Assembly: GCA_043228905.1 (NCBI GenBank)
Contig: JBHGNT010000005.1
Location: forward strand, 20,336,001 to 20,400,000
DNA from: Azolla caroliniana
Taxonomy: Eukaryota; Plantae; Polypodiophyta
DNA: 64,000 nucleotides
Reading direction: 5' to 3'
Shown: in pieces, positions 23,641-35,771 of the stretch
Position numbering within the stretch: the first letter of the stretch is position 1
How the letters are laid out: every line of letters begins with the position of its first letter
The notes under the pieces: generated by a model
What the model saw: only the letters and a program-made list of their open reading frames with translations
Told to the model about the DNA's origin: nothing
Database searches by the model: none
Program-made: the position numbers and the translations under genes

Positions 23641-26600
23641 AAAAAACAGGGTAATTTTTTGTTTTCTATTTTATTTGAATTCCTTATTTTGCTTTTTCAT
23701 TGCTTTTTGCTTTTTGCTTTTTGCTTTTCGCTTTTCGCTTTTTGCGTTTATTTGTTTAGTTTTTTATTTTCCTATTTTTACTTCTCCTTTGTTTTTCTGT
23801 TTCTCCTTCTTCTTTTCTAATTTTCCCTTCTTCTTCTTCTTTTGTTCTCTTTTTTCCATTTGTTCATTGTTTTTTTTATATTTTATTTTATATTTTACTT
23901 GTTTTTAACTCCTAATTGATTGTATTTATTTATATTTTTGTGTTTTCGATTGAGCAGAACTGTTTTTATCTATTTGTTTTTATTAATTATTAGATTTTGC
24001 TTACTTTTAGCCATTCATTTTGTTTGTTCGTTTGCTTTATTATTATTGCTGTCCTATTTAAACTTTATTTTTTTTCGCCCTCTGTTAATGAAAACCAAAA
24101 TATAACGCTTTTGATTATTATTACTATTATTATTATTATTAAGTGCTCGATTATTAATTAAATTCGCGTCTTTAATTCTTTTTTGTTTTGGCTTTTAGTC
24201 CGAAAAATCGAAATTTTTAAACGTTTGTTTTCATCTTCTTCTTTTTTGCTCTTTTGTTTTTCCCCTTTTTTCGCTTGTTTTTTTTATGTTTTGCTTTTCA
24301 AATTTCGGCGATCGAAATTTTGATTCCTTTCTTAATCCAAGTACATAATGAAACGTTTTTTTTTTTACTATTAATTTTCGTTCACTTATTTACTACCCTT
24401 TTTGAATATTCGCTTCCTTTTATTTTATTTATCCATTTTGTTTTGGTTTTATTAATGTCCTTTATACATCTTGTATTTGATTGGATTTTATTTATTTCAT
24501 TCTTCTTAGACAGCCAGCCAATCCGAAAGACAATAAAACGAGGTGCCTTCTTTGTCCTAATGTGAAACCGGCCAGTTCTATAGTTTCTACATATATATAT
24601 GTATATATATGCATGTAATGTGAAGGCAGCCCCAACTCTTCCCTTTTTTGTAGTGTACCTCAAATGTATCTGCATTTACTTTGTCACCTACAATCCTCAT
24701 GTTTGTTTGTTTGTATGTAATGGGGATGCTCATTGCTCACATTTTGCTTTCAGAGAAGGGGGTAGGGTTGGATATCTGCTTTCACATGGATTTTTATGAT
24801 GATTGTCGGTGCATTCACATGATATGCACATCTACGCATCCTTCACTTTTCGCCCATACAGCGCATCACATGTGTGTGTGTGTCCATCTAACATAAAGCC
24901 ATACCCGTGCATGTATGTATGTATGTATGTGTGTGTATCTATCTATGTATGTAAATATACATACAAACATACATGTATATGTATATGTCACTTGTCTATT
25001 ATATATAGGTTAAAGTTGAATCAGCAAATATTTGCCAAGTGGACTTCAATGGTAGTAGCCTACCACCAATATATGAGGATAGGATTGCTCGAGTATTATA
25101 CATATGTCCGTAAGGTGGATGAGCAAATATGTTTGTTTGTGTGCATTTGTTGCTAAAAAGAAAAATGTGGGTAACTTACTTACATGTTTGTGTGTGTGCA
25201 TTGCTAGAAGAAATAAATGTTTGTGTCCACGTGTGTTTGTGTGAATTCTTCTTAAACTACTTACATATTTGTTATCAAGTGTTACATGTTTGACTTGTTA
25301 TGTATATGTTTACATTGAATGAGATTATTCATACTTGAGAGTAAATCAAATCATGGTGCATTAGCCACTCATCACCAAGTGTTATGCATTTAAGTTGAAT
25401 GGGATGATACTTGTGAGTAAATTAAACCAAGGCACAAAATGCTACAACAACAAATTAAACTAAGTCGTAAAGTTCATAATACAATGCCAATACATCAACA
25501 TATAATTAGTAACAAAATGATAGATGTTAAAGCACATTGTAAAAACATTGAGAGACATTAAACACAATCGAGAGTAAATAGTTCATTATGATACATATCA
25601 CAAACTTACCCTCTAGTTTGATTATGGGCGTATTGATGGCTCTAATTACTCTCGTAACAATCAATCAATTTATGAGGTTTAATTATAACCCATATTCAAT
25701 GCATAAAACATACTAAGGCAATGATACCACCATCCGATTAAAGGCAATGGTCATGTTTAGAATAGATTATGGAGAAGGAAATGTGACATCATCAAGCATG
25801 AATTCCATACACCATGTGAGTTCAAAAGGAGAAAAAAATTGTCTATCGTGTCATGCATAAAACATGATATCCCATAAAGGCTTTCTAGATGTGGTTGTTT
25901 GCAATCCATATTGTCTTCTTATATTAGATCATCATCACTTATGTATAAGGCCTAGTTGGGAAGGGAAAGATTGAACAAGTGGACCGTATTTTTTATGTAT
26001 ATCCACGTTAGTTCAATTTTAAAAGAAGGTGGAGATTGGCTAACATATAATTTCAAAGCAAGTTAATGCCCTTGAAGTGGAAGCATAGATGCAACATCAT
26101 ATTATGGCTTCTAATGTTGTTGTCTTCAAGAATTTATTCATCCATCACAGTTGAATCTAGTGAATATCTTAATCTAAATCCTCTTATCAATGGAAAGAAG
26201 GGAATGGCTTGGGGCCCATAACAACTTCAAGTGGAAGTATCGTAGGTCAAACTTAAGAAGCAATATGAGCAAGTTGTTGGCCCCTCTATAAAACACGAAA
26301 TGTTTTAGTTAACATTCACATGGGACTTTGGAATGGGCCAAGAGTCAAGACTAGCTTTATGGTCAAAATTATCCATTGAAATTGTTCACTGTTTTTAAAT
26401 GCTTATTGTGCTAAATTTGAAACCACTTGCTTGTTTTCATAAGGTTTGAATTAGGGGGATAGATGAATGTTTTAACTATTCCACAAAAACATGGTTGGTA
26501 TATGAAATGCCTAGGCACTCTAATCTATGTATTAAACAATGGCTTGAAACATGTAAAAGTGTCCAATCATTCCACTATGTCGTCTGTAACAAGGATTTGA

Positions 26601-27611
26601 AAACCATCCAAGCAACAATCCAGGTTCTTCTATTGTAACAATGCACAATCGAAAAGGATAACACTACCCAACAAAAGTCATCATGATTCCATGTAGAGGT
26701 TATGCAAGACAAGCAAAAGCCATCCACGCAAAACTACAAAGATTGGACTTTCTCATGTGGGGTTGTCAATTGTCTTGCATTGAAGTTTATTATGTCAAAT
26801 ATAAAGGTTTTAATATTTGTGCATTCACATGTAGTGTGTTGATTATCAACATAAACAGAAATCCTCATTGTACTGATTGGATGGTCAACCTCACTTAATT
26901 CTCCTAATTCATTTATTTATGTGCGAGTATTTTGAACAATCATAATTTGATGTCTCTATATCATACGATTGAACATGATTGATATGTGTATACAATCAAT
27001 TGTATCAAATTGAGTGATTCACTAGTTATGATCATGTCCATCAACAAGAACTAGTATCCATCAACTCAAGGGCAATCTTTGACTTAGGTTTCCAAAACCT
27101 ATAGTGTGGAGAAATCTTTTGATTGTGTGGTCTTTAAACCAATAATTAACAAGATGATTTTGGACATTTTGAACTATTTGAATAACTTGGAATGATGTAG
27201 TATTTGGCTGATCCACCAATATTTGACAATAATTTCATTGAGCACTCAGCAAGACAATCTCTTTACAATTCTCTTGGTTTGTTAATCTATGAAAATTTTA
27301 GCTTTATTTTGAGTGCTCTTGAGTATTAATATTTTGAATATTATTTGTTGTCAGTTTTTTTCCTCCATTTGAGTTTCCCCCCTCGTAATGTGCATTGTAA
27401 AAAGAGAAAAGATTATAGACTCACAAACTTATATTGTAAAAACTTTCATTTAAATAGTCAATGTGCTTTAATACAGCCATTTATATTGCCACTCCTTTTG
27501 ATGAAGCAGACATTCAATTCCATCACTCATGATTGTTTCAAGCATTTTTCCCGATGAACTACCGCAAGGATTGCCTCCTTTCCACATTATGGAATATCTC
27601 ATTCATATCAT

Positions 27612-28387
27612 GCATGTCGCCACTTCAACGAGCTTTCAACTTTATTGACTCAATAGAAAGGAGAAAATCGAGATCTCATACGAACTAGAGGATTGCTTGT
27701 GAATGGATTGGCCGTATATGAATGAGGAAGCCACCTTAGGCAACTCTTGATTTATTAACAAATGAGGAAATAAAAACCTAGCCACAAACACATTCATTGT
27801 TAGAATCTCAATATATTAATTATTACAAATGTTTTGCAAACCAAATACGTGTTGTGGTTAGTGCTACTCAATAACACTAACCACCAAAATTTCAAAATTT
27901 TCTTCGCCCTCTTTTTCCTTTCATTGGCATTTTTCCATCTTTTGGCGCCAAAATTCACAAGAACCAACGATCATTAGTTTGCCTATTCGCATCCTTGAAC
28001 ATTTGGCTTGTCAATATTGTTCACGTCTTTGGAGAATTTGCCTTGTTTGAGGGATCACATCCTTGGAACATTCATCTCATGTGTGTTTGCATTCTTGGAA
28101 CATTCGCCTCATTCAAGCCTTCGCATCCTCGAAAGTGTTTGCCTCCTCTAAGCATTCACCTCCTTGGAACATTTGCCTTAATTATACTTTTCAACCTTTT
28201 AATTAAAAAAATAAAGAAAAGAAAAGGATGAACCCAACCCACATTGGTCCAAATTCTTCAAGCTTCGCGTCACACCCCTTACACCAAGACGACTTGGGCT
28301 AACACCAATGTTAAAGCCAATACCTCCAACCCTATGAAGTACTACAGAGGATGGTTGACATTAAGAGTTACTCCCAAAGATAAATTT
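27612..28387 (+). repeat. Left arm of an inverted repeat of about 775 bp (partner 33569-34344)
   Basis: The same near-identical spurious ORF appears on opposite strands (27995+ and 33725-). The arm can be followed from tgtcgccacttcaa to ctcccaaagataaattt. Confidence 0.92.
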
Positions 28388-29670
28388 TGTCACGGATCAT
28401 AAGCTCAAGAGACAAGCAAGAAGATAACCAAATGGACAAGAAAGAAGATAGTATTAAAGGAAAGACTCCATAACTGGTGTTGTTCACCTTGAATTCCTTC
28501 AAGGTGAACTCTTCTATTTATACTACATGGCATGCATACTTGTTGCACGCATGTGAATCTACAATAGAGCATGTAGGTATGCATTCATGTGCCAAGTGTA
28601 AATACTACAAGGGAGCAACTATGCCGCCTTCCCAAATCGGCCGCTGGTTTGTGGGGATATCGGTGATGAAAAACTTGGACGACCTCTGGGGCATTTTGTA
28701 AATTTGCCGATGGTTCCCACGTGGCCTCAGACATGGGGTAACCCCTCCATAGGACGAGGTATTGCAAGTGTCGACGGTGCCAACACGAGTCAAGGATTTG
28801 TCCGACCTCGTATTCCTCCCCTATCGTCAATTGCACAGGTGGTGGTGGTGGGGCCTGACGTCCTGGGAGTTGTGAAGCATAAGGGGGTTCGAGGAGGGAG
28901 ACATGAAAAACATCGTGAATCCGGAAGTGGGATGGAAGGGCGAGCCGGAAGGCGACGGGATTGCTGCACTCGATGATACGGAATGGTCCCAACTTCTTGT
29001 AATCAAGTTTCGCACATGGACGAGTAGTAGAGATGTGTCGACGTAACAACCAGACCATGTCTCCAACGACAAAGTGTGGAGTGGAAGATCGATGACGATC
29101 AGCTTGCTTCTTGTATCGTTCACTAGCAAGACTAAACTCCAAGGATAAATCATGATGTAGTTCTTCCAAAATGCGGGCGCGATCCTCCGCCGAAGGGTTC
29201 ACGGAAGTGGTAGGAAGGGAAATGTTGAAGCGAGGATGTAAACCATAGTTGGCAAAGAAGGGAGTGACACTAGTCGATGCATGGAGAGAATTATTGTAGG
29301 CGAATTCCGCGAGCGAAAGTAAGTTGACCCAATCATCTTGTTGGTAATTAACCGAGCACCGAAGATACTGCTCAAGGATTTGGTTGACACGCTCCGTTTG
29401 CCCGTCAGTTTGGGGGTGATAAGCAGAGGACAACTTGACAGAGATGCCTAAAGTTTGTAGCAGGCGCTGTCAGAAGTGAGAGACAAACTGGGGTCCGCGA
29501 TCCAAGATGACATCATCGGGGAGTCCATGCAAGCGTACCACATTGTTGAGTAGTAGATGCACCATTCCTTCTCTGGAAATGGTTTTGGAGCATGGAGTGA
29601 AGTGAGCCATCTTTGTAAACCGATCGACAACGACCAACACCGAGTCATAGCTATTGACCAAGGGTAGATT
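28388..29670 (-). mobile_element. Truncated Tcn1-like chromovirus: integrase, chromodomain and partial 3' LTR
   Basis: SSAYHPQTDGQTERVNQILEQYLR, LGPF, HDVFHVSLLEP and chromodomain YEVGQILDS...QYLVLWRGY...TWEP. The LTR end (reverse complement ...CCGTGACA) is at 28388. Confidence 0.92.
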
Positions 29671-29673
29671 AGT

Positions 29674-30037
29674 TGGACCAGCTCACTACAAAATTAGTGG
29701 GGACTCATGATTAATACACCACTGTGTAAGAGAGTGGATTATATTCTCTATTTGGTCTGAGTGTAACATTAAATGTGCATGTCAGTTGATAGTAGTGGAG
29801 ATATTCCTTTTTTGTCAACTAACTTGTCATTTAATATGACCCAACTCCCTAGATACAGGCTAGTGCTAGATAATATTTATCTTGAATTCAATGGCACATA
29901 CTTCAACACTAAGTACATTGTAACTTGCCCACAAAATATTATAGTTGACTTGATTAGCCAATCCTATTACCTGTTTTACTCTTTCCTACCATTGTGTCCT
30001 ACGCATTTACAGTTTCCTAGATTAACACCATATCGCC
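29674..30037 (-). repeat. Inverted internal fragment of the Copia C LTR (matches 31034-31397 and about 35896-36259)
   Basis: The same spurious ORF MCMSVDSSGDIPF occurs at 29773+, 30987- and 35786-. Ends traced by eye. Confidence 0.9.
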
Positions 30038-30046
30038 ACACCTAAA

Positions 30047-31545
30047 CCCCCCACACCATCTTCACTCCTCCTTATCCCTCAAAAGAATTTGCTTCTTAAG
30101 TCCACATCAACCATCTCGCCGATTACCACCAAATTCCTATATAAATAATAGCAAAATGATTATAAAATGTTTCCTCATCCCCTCATATATTTGCTTCAAC
30201 CCCCACACCATCGTACTCATCCTCTTGTCATGGCAATATGCTATAAAGACAATAACTACATGACAACAACGACAAGAAACCTAAGAAACCTACAATCTTC
30301 TTCATTCCGTCCACCTAACTTCTCACCGACATGTCTCATCACAAACATTCCGCCACAATCGTCATATTCGGAGTTGGCGGCGTAATTGGTGAGTTGTCGG
30401 CTAGTGGAAGACGACTCACGTATCGTCTTACGACACTCTTCTTCGTGGTGACTGATTTTTCCACAATATCCGCATTCGACCGAGTTTTGTCGGCTCGGAC
30501 CGGAATGGAAGCTCCTCCTTCTTCCGAAGGTTCCTCGATGGCTTCCGTCTTGATGCCGAAATTGTGAGTTATTTTCGTAAGTCGGGCTCATCCACCTCGT
30601 CCTTGGCCGAATCGGCCTCTTGCTCGGTCGCGCCCTCTTTCTCCGTTCGAATGCGTGTAGTGCATGTGGCCTTTCGAGGTGTTGCTCCTTGTTCGAACAT
30701 GGTTTTCTTTGACCAACAACATGGGTTGAAGATCGACGAAGACGGCGGATTCTCCCGTGGTAATACAGTGGTCCTCATCGTGCCGAACTGTGGTGCAAGG
30801 CCGCTGAGGCATATTTGCACCATCTCATCATCGTCCACATTGACACTTATCGAGCCAAGCGAGTCGAAAAGCTCCTTGATCTTCAAGGTGTAGCTCGTGA
30901 TGGACATATTGTTGGATATATAATCAATGATCAGCCCCAAGTTGTAAATCTATCCCCATATGTGCTCTTAGAGTGCACATTTTGTGTTAGCGCCCCAAAT
31001 GAAGAGCGGCTATTGTGCAACTCGACCATATGGGGCGATATGGTGTTAATCTAGGAAACTGTAAATGCGTAGGACACAATGGTAGGAAAGAGCAAAACAG
31101 GTAATAGGATTGGCTAATCAAGTCAACTAGAATATTTTGTGGGCAAGTTACAATGTACTTAGTGTTGAAGTATGTGCCATTGAATTCAAGATAAATATTA
31201 TCTAGCACTAGCCTGTATCTAGGGAGTTGGGTCATATTAAATGACAAGTTAGTTGACAAAAAAGGAATATCTCCACTACTATCAACTGACATGCACATTT
31301 AATGTTACACTCAGACCAAATAGAGAATATAATCCACTCTCTTACACAGTGGTGTATTGATCATGGGTCCCCACTAATTTTGTAGTGAGTTGGTCCAGAT
31401 CCCATCTAAGCTCTAAGGTGTGAGCGCATGGGTGAACTACCATTGTGAGCTACTATCATATGTAATAGAAGTTTTGTTTTCATATATCCATCTCTATGGT
31501 TGTAACTCTATATACCTATCCAATTGATTCTCAATATTTCTAATA
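30047..31545 (+). repeat. First copy of a direct duplication of about 1.5 kb (second copy 34908-36407)
   Basis: Paired near-identical ORFs (30167/35028, 30331/35192, 30569/35443) and continuous alignment by eye with scattered SNPs. Confidence 0.93.
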
Positions 31546-32522
31546 CATATCCCTTTGTTGGATGTTGTTCAACTCCTGGCGGAGTTGAAGCTTTCTCGTG
31601 GTTGTGTTGGCGGCGAAAATCTTTCGTAGATTCTCCCACGCTTCCTTTGGCGCATCGGCTTCTCGAATGTAGCCGAGCATGTGTTTGTGAACACATTTCG
31701 CCAAGCAATACATCACTCGGCTTGCCACTTGCTCCCATGTTGCATAGTCGGCGTCTTTCAGGTCAGGTCTATTTTCTTGTGCTCCTTTGATGCAACCCCA
31801 ATAGCCTTATCGACAAGGTATTGGTGCATCTTGTATTCCCAAGATGCAAAGTTGTTTCGATCCAACTTCTCGCTAGGGAGAGCGCTCCCCATTTGAGTAT
31901 TCATTATGTCGATGAAGCTTTCTTTCTTCTTTTCCTTCTCTCTCGAACACGAGATTTGTAGTTGCACTACGATAGCGATGAATCGGTTCTTCTCGAACGT
32001 CAGCGTAGAACACAACACACGCGGATGGGCTAGATCGAGCTACCAAACCGCTCTGATACCATGTAAAGAATCGGGTATGATTCTTGTGTAGCGGAATATA
32101 TGTGTTATGTGTATGTGTGAGAGGAATTAGATGAGAGAAGAGAGAACACAAGATAGATAGATAAAGTGGAAATAGAATACTCAAGAAGAAGAAGATGTAT
32201 ATTCACAAGGAGAATATGAAATACAAAAATGTAGCATTACAAGGAGTCCCAACCGACTTAATATGAAGTATGAGGAGGGTGCTTTATATATAGTCACCCT
32301 CTCTCTTCATTAACCAGCTACAACAACCACTCTCTCTTGGGGAATGCGAAGACTCATAGTCATGGGGAATATGTAACTCATTAGTTATGTGTCATAGAAT
32401 ATGATTCTATGACACATAGTTAACGTGTAGAGAGTAGTGGTGTGACTCTTGACCTTTGAGTAATCATAGATTCTCAAAAGGTGTGTTCACACGTTGCACT
32501 ATGTTGAGCTTGATTCTCAACA
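30332..32522 (-). mobile_element. 5' part of Ty1/Copia element D: LTR 32062-32522, PBS and gag, interrupted by a solo LTR
   Basis: PBS gctctgatacca at 32050-32061. Gag SEKLDRNNFASWEYKMHQYL...ELNNIQQRDM|SITSYTLKIKEL is continuous across the solo LTR. Zinc knuckle CGYCGKISHHEEEC. Confidence 0.88.
30910..31545 (+). mobile_element. Solo LTR of Copia C with 5-bp TSD CATAT
   Basis: TGTTGGATA...TTTCTAATA flanked by catat at 30905-30909 and 31546-31550. Near-identical to the LTR at 35772-36407. Confidence 0.92.
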
Positions 32523-33568
32523 AGTTCTATGACCTAGGTAATAATTTAATTATTGAAATGGTAAGGCTTTGACACATGTATCGTAAAGTCATGGGTTCAT
32601 GATGACAACTATAGAGAGCACAACTACTACGGATGACAATGGTGCCTTAATGTCGGAGTTGTTATTTTGGGTCACTTTGTGCTCCCTTCAACAATCACTA
32701 TGCAAGCTAACCAAACCTTCCGCAAACTTTTCAACACTTGGTGAGCTAAATGCTTAGCTAACAAGAGCCATAACCAACACTGTCATAATCTCAACATAAG
32801 TCAAGGCCCCTTGATAAGAAGTTAACTGGCCTTCTTATATTGATAGAAACTCTACACCCCTAGTGTGTTCACACTTGACTACTTTATGTGAAATGGTCAA
32901 GTGATGATACACTTAATTGAATTGAATATTACAATTCATTCCCTCATTCTTTTCAAAATTGACCTCACATATTCATTATAAGATTACGGAAAATTGACCC
33001 TCACATATTCACAGGATCATTTATGGTTTTGTTCGTAAAACATTCGTCGGGTGTCTCAATCCTATGGTTGTAGTTCTCTCTTTTTGCATCAATGGGAAGA
33101 GAGTTTGATTGATTGTACGACAATAGCCAGCTCAGTGTTAAAAGATGTATTTGAGCCCGTGTTCGTTGTTTGATGATTATCTTGTACTCTTTGATGTGGT
33201 GGTTCTTGGGCTTTCCAAGTATGTGGACTACCACTTATTGCGCTTGAGAGTGAGTTGGACTTAGACCCATGTTTGAGATGAGAATCGCTCGTGTTGACTT
33301 TGTATAGTGGCCTCGAGGAGCATGAATCTTTGTTGTATACTTGAATAGGAGATCTTTAACTTAGAAAGTGTCGTTTCAATTTCTTGCATGGTCGATTGTG
33401 TTTGGCATCCTTTCCTCAGTTGTGAGGCCCATAACTCAAATTCTTGTGGATAACCTTGAGTTCTTGTAGTGTCTCTTGGTAATGATAATCAAGACTTTGT
33501 CGATCCATTGGAATACTTCCTTGCTTCGGTGTGACATTAGGAGATGTGTTGACCAGGGGTTAATGCTC

Positions 33569-34344
33569 AAATTTATCTTTGGGAGTAACTCTTAATGTCA
33601 ACCATCCTCTGTAGTACTTCATAGGGTTGGAGGTACTGGCTTTGACATTGGTGTTAGCCCAAGTCGTCTTGGTGTAAGGGGTGTGGTGCAGAGCTTGAAG
33701 AATTTTGACCAATGTGGGTTGAGTTCATCCTTTTCTTTTCTTTATTTTTTTAATTAAAAGGTTGAAAAGTATAATTAAGGCAAATGTTCCAAGGAGGCAA
33801 ACACTCAGAGGAGGCAAACACTTTCGACGATGTGAAGGCTCAAATGAGGTGAATGTTCCAAAAATGCAAACACACATGAGATGAATGTTCCAAGGATGTG
33901 ATCCCTCAAACGAGGCAAATTCTCCAAAGACGTGAACAATGTTGACAAGCCAAATGTTCAAGGATGCGAATAGGCAAACTAATGATCATTGGTTCTTGTG
34001 AATTTTGGCGCCAAAAGATGGAAAAACGCCAATGAAAGGAAAAAGAGGGCGAAGAAAATTTTGAAATTTTGGTGGTTAGTGTTATTGAGTAGCACTAACC
34101 ACAACACATATTTGGTTTGCAAAACATTTGTAATAATTAATATATTGAGATTCTAACAATGAATGTGTTTGAGGCTAGGTTTTTATTTCCTCATTTGTGA
34201 ATAAATCAAGAGTTGTCTAAGGTGGCTTCCTCATTCATATACAGCCAATCCATTCACAAGCAATCCTCGAGTTCATATGAGATCTCGATTTCCTCCTTTC
34301 TATTGAGTCAATAAAGTTGAAAGCTCATTGAAGTGGCGACAAGC
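33569..34344 (-). repeat. Right arm of the inverted repeat of about 775 bp
   Basis: Reverse complement of 27612-28387, with some substitutions. Confidence 0.92.
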
Positions 34345-35192
34345 AATAAATTGGCAAGAGTAGCCCATGAAACACCCCTCTAAACATGTAGTTCCTCAAA
34401 CAATACTTGTTCCTCAGCTAGCAATCCATAGTTCATGTCCATACCAATTTCGTTGATTCCTATTAAAACTGAATGAGTCTACTCTTCTCATCCCCTCATG
34501 ATGATATGCTTCAACCCCTGCCACCATCCTCACTCATCCTTTTCAAAAAATAGGAAATCTGCTTCATTTACCACATCCACCATCCCGAAAGTCTAATACC
34601 TACAAATCCAGTGTGCTCTCCTTCTCCCCTCATGAAAGTATGATTCAGCCCCCTACACCATCTTCATTCATCGTTATCAACAATATAAAGTCTGCTTCAT
34701 TGTCAACATCCATCTCTCCATTTTCAACAATTTCTTATACCTACCCAAAAATAGAATAAATTCACTCTCCTCAGACCCTCATAAAAATATGCTTCAGCCT
34801 CCAACACCATCTTCACTCATCATTATAGATAATCTACATCATTTTCAACATCAACCATCTCTCCATTTTCAGCAATTTCCTGTACCTACTCATAATATTC
34901 TGCTTCACCCCCCACACCATCTTCACTCCTCCTTATCCCTCAAAATAATTTGCTTCTTAAGTCCGCATCAACCATCTCGCCAATTACCACCAAATTCCTA
35001 TATAAATAATAGCAAAATGATTATAAAATGTTTCCTCATCCCCTCATATATTTGCTTCAACCCCCACACCATCGTACTCATCCTCTTGTCATGGCAATAT
35101 GCTATAAAGACAATAACTACATGACAACAACGACAAGAAACCTAAGAAACCTACAATCTTCTTCATCTCGTCCACCTAACTTCTCACCGACA
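34345..35192 (-). repeat. Degenerate tandem sub-repeats (cttcaacccc..caccatcttcactcatc, about 5 copies), possibly an LTR starting TGTCGGTGAG at 35192
   Basis: The motif recurs at about 34510, 34645, 34792, 34903 and 35055. The Copia D gag stops exactly at the TG boundary in both duplicated copies. Confidence 0.55.
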
Positions 35193-35771
35193 TGTCTTAT
35201 CACAAACATTCCGCCACGATCGTCATAGTCGGAGTTGGCCGCGTAATTGGTGAGTTGTCGGCTAGTGGAAGCCAACTCGCGTATCGTCTTACGACACTCT
35301 TCTTCGTGGTGACTGATTTTTCCACAATATCCGCATTCGACCGAGTTTTGTCGGCTCGGATCGGAATGGAAGCTCCTCCTTCTTCCGAAGGTTCCTCGAT
35401 GGCTTCCGTCCTGATGCCGAAATTGTGAGTTGTTTTCGTAAGTCAGGCCTCATCCACCTTGTCCTTGGCCGAATCGGCCTCTTGCTCGGCCGCGTCCTCT
35501 TTCTCCGTTCGAATGCGTGTAGTGCACGTGGCCTTCCGAGGCGTTGCTCCTTGTTCGAACATGGTTTTCTTTGACCAACAACATGGGTTGAAGATCGACG
35601 AAGACGGCGGATTCTCCCGTGGTAATACAGTGGTCCTCATCGTGCCGAACTGTGGTGCAAGGCCGCTGAGGCATATTTGCACCATCTCATCATCGTCCAC
35701 ATTGACACTTATTGAGCCAAGCGAGTCGAAAAGCTCCTTGATCTTCAAGGTGTAGCTCGTGATGGACATAT

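Noticed and set aside
23100-24700. Many ORFs rich in ER, LS or F
   Set aside because: They are translations of GA/CT microsatellites and T-rich low-complexity DNA with no domain signal.
27612-34344. Long inverted arms as TIRs of a giant MULE or foldback element
   Set aside because: There is no TSD at the outer ends and no MULE-like terminus. The left arm is cut by an LTR while the right continues into unique sequence. Kept only as a rearrangement finding.
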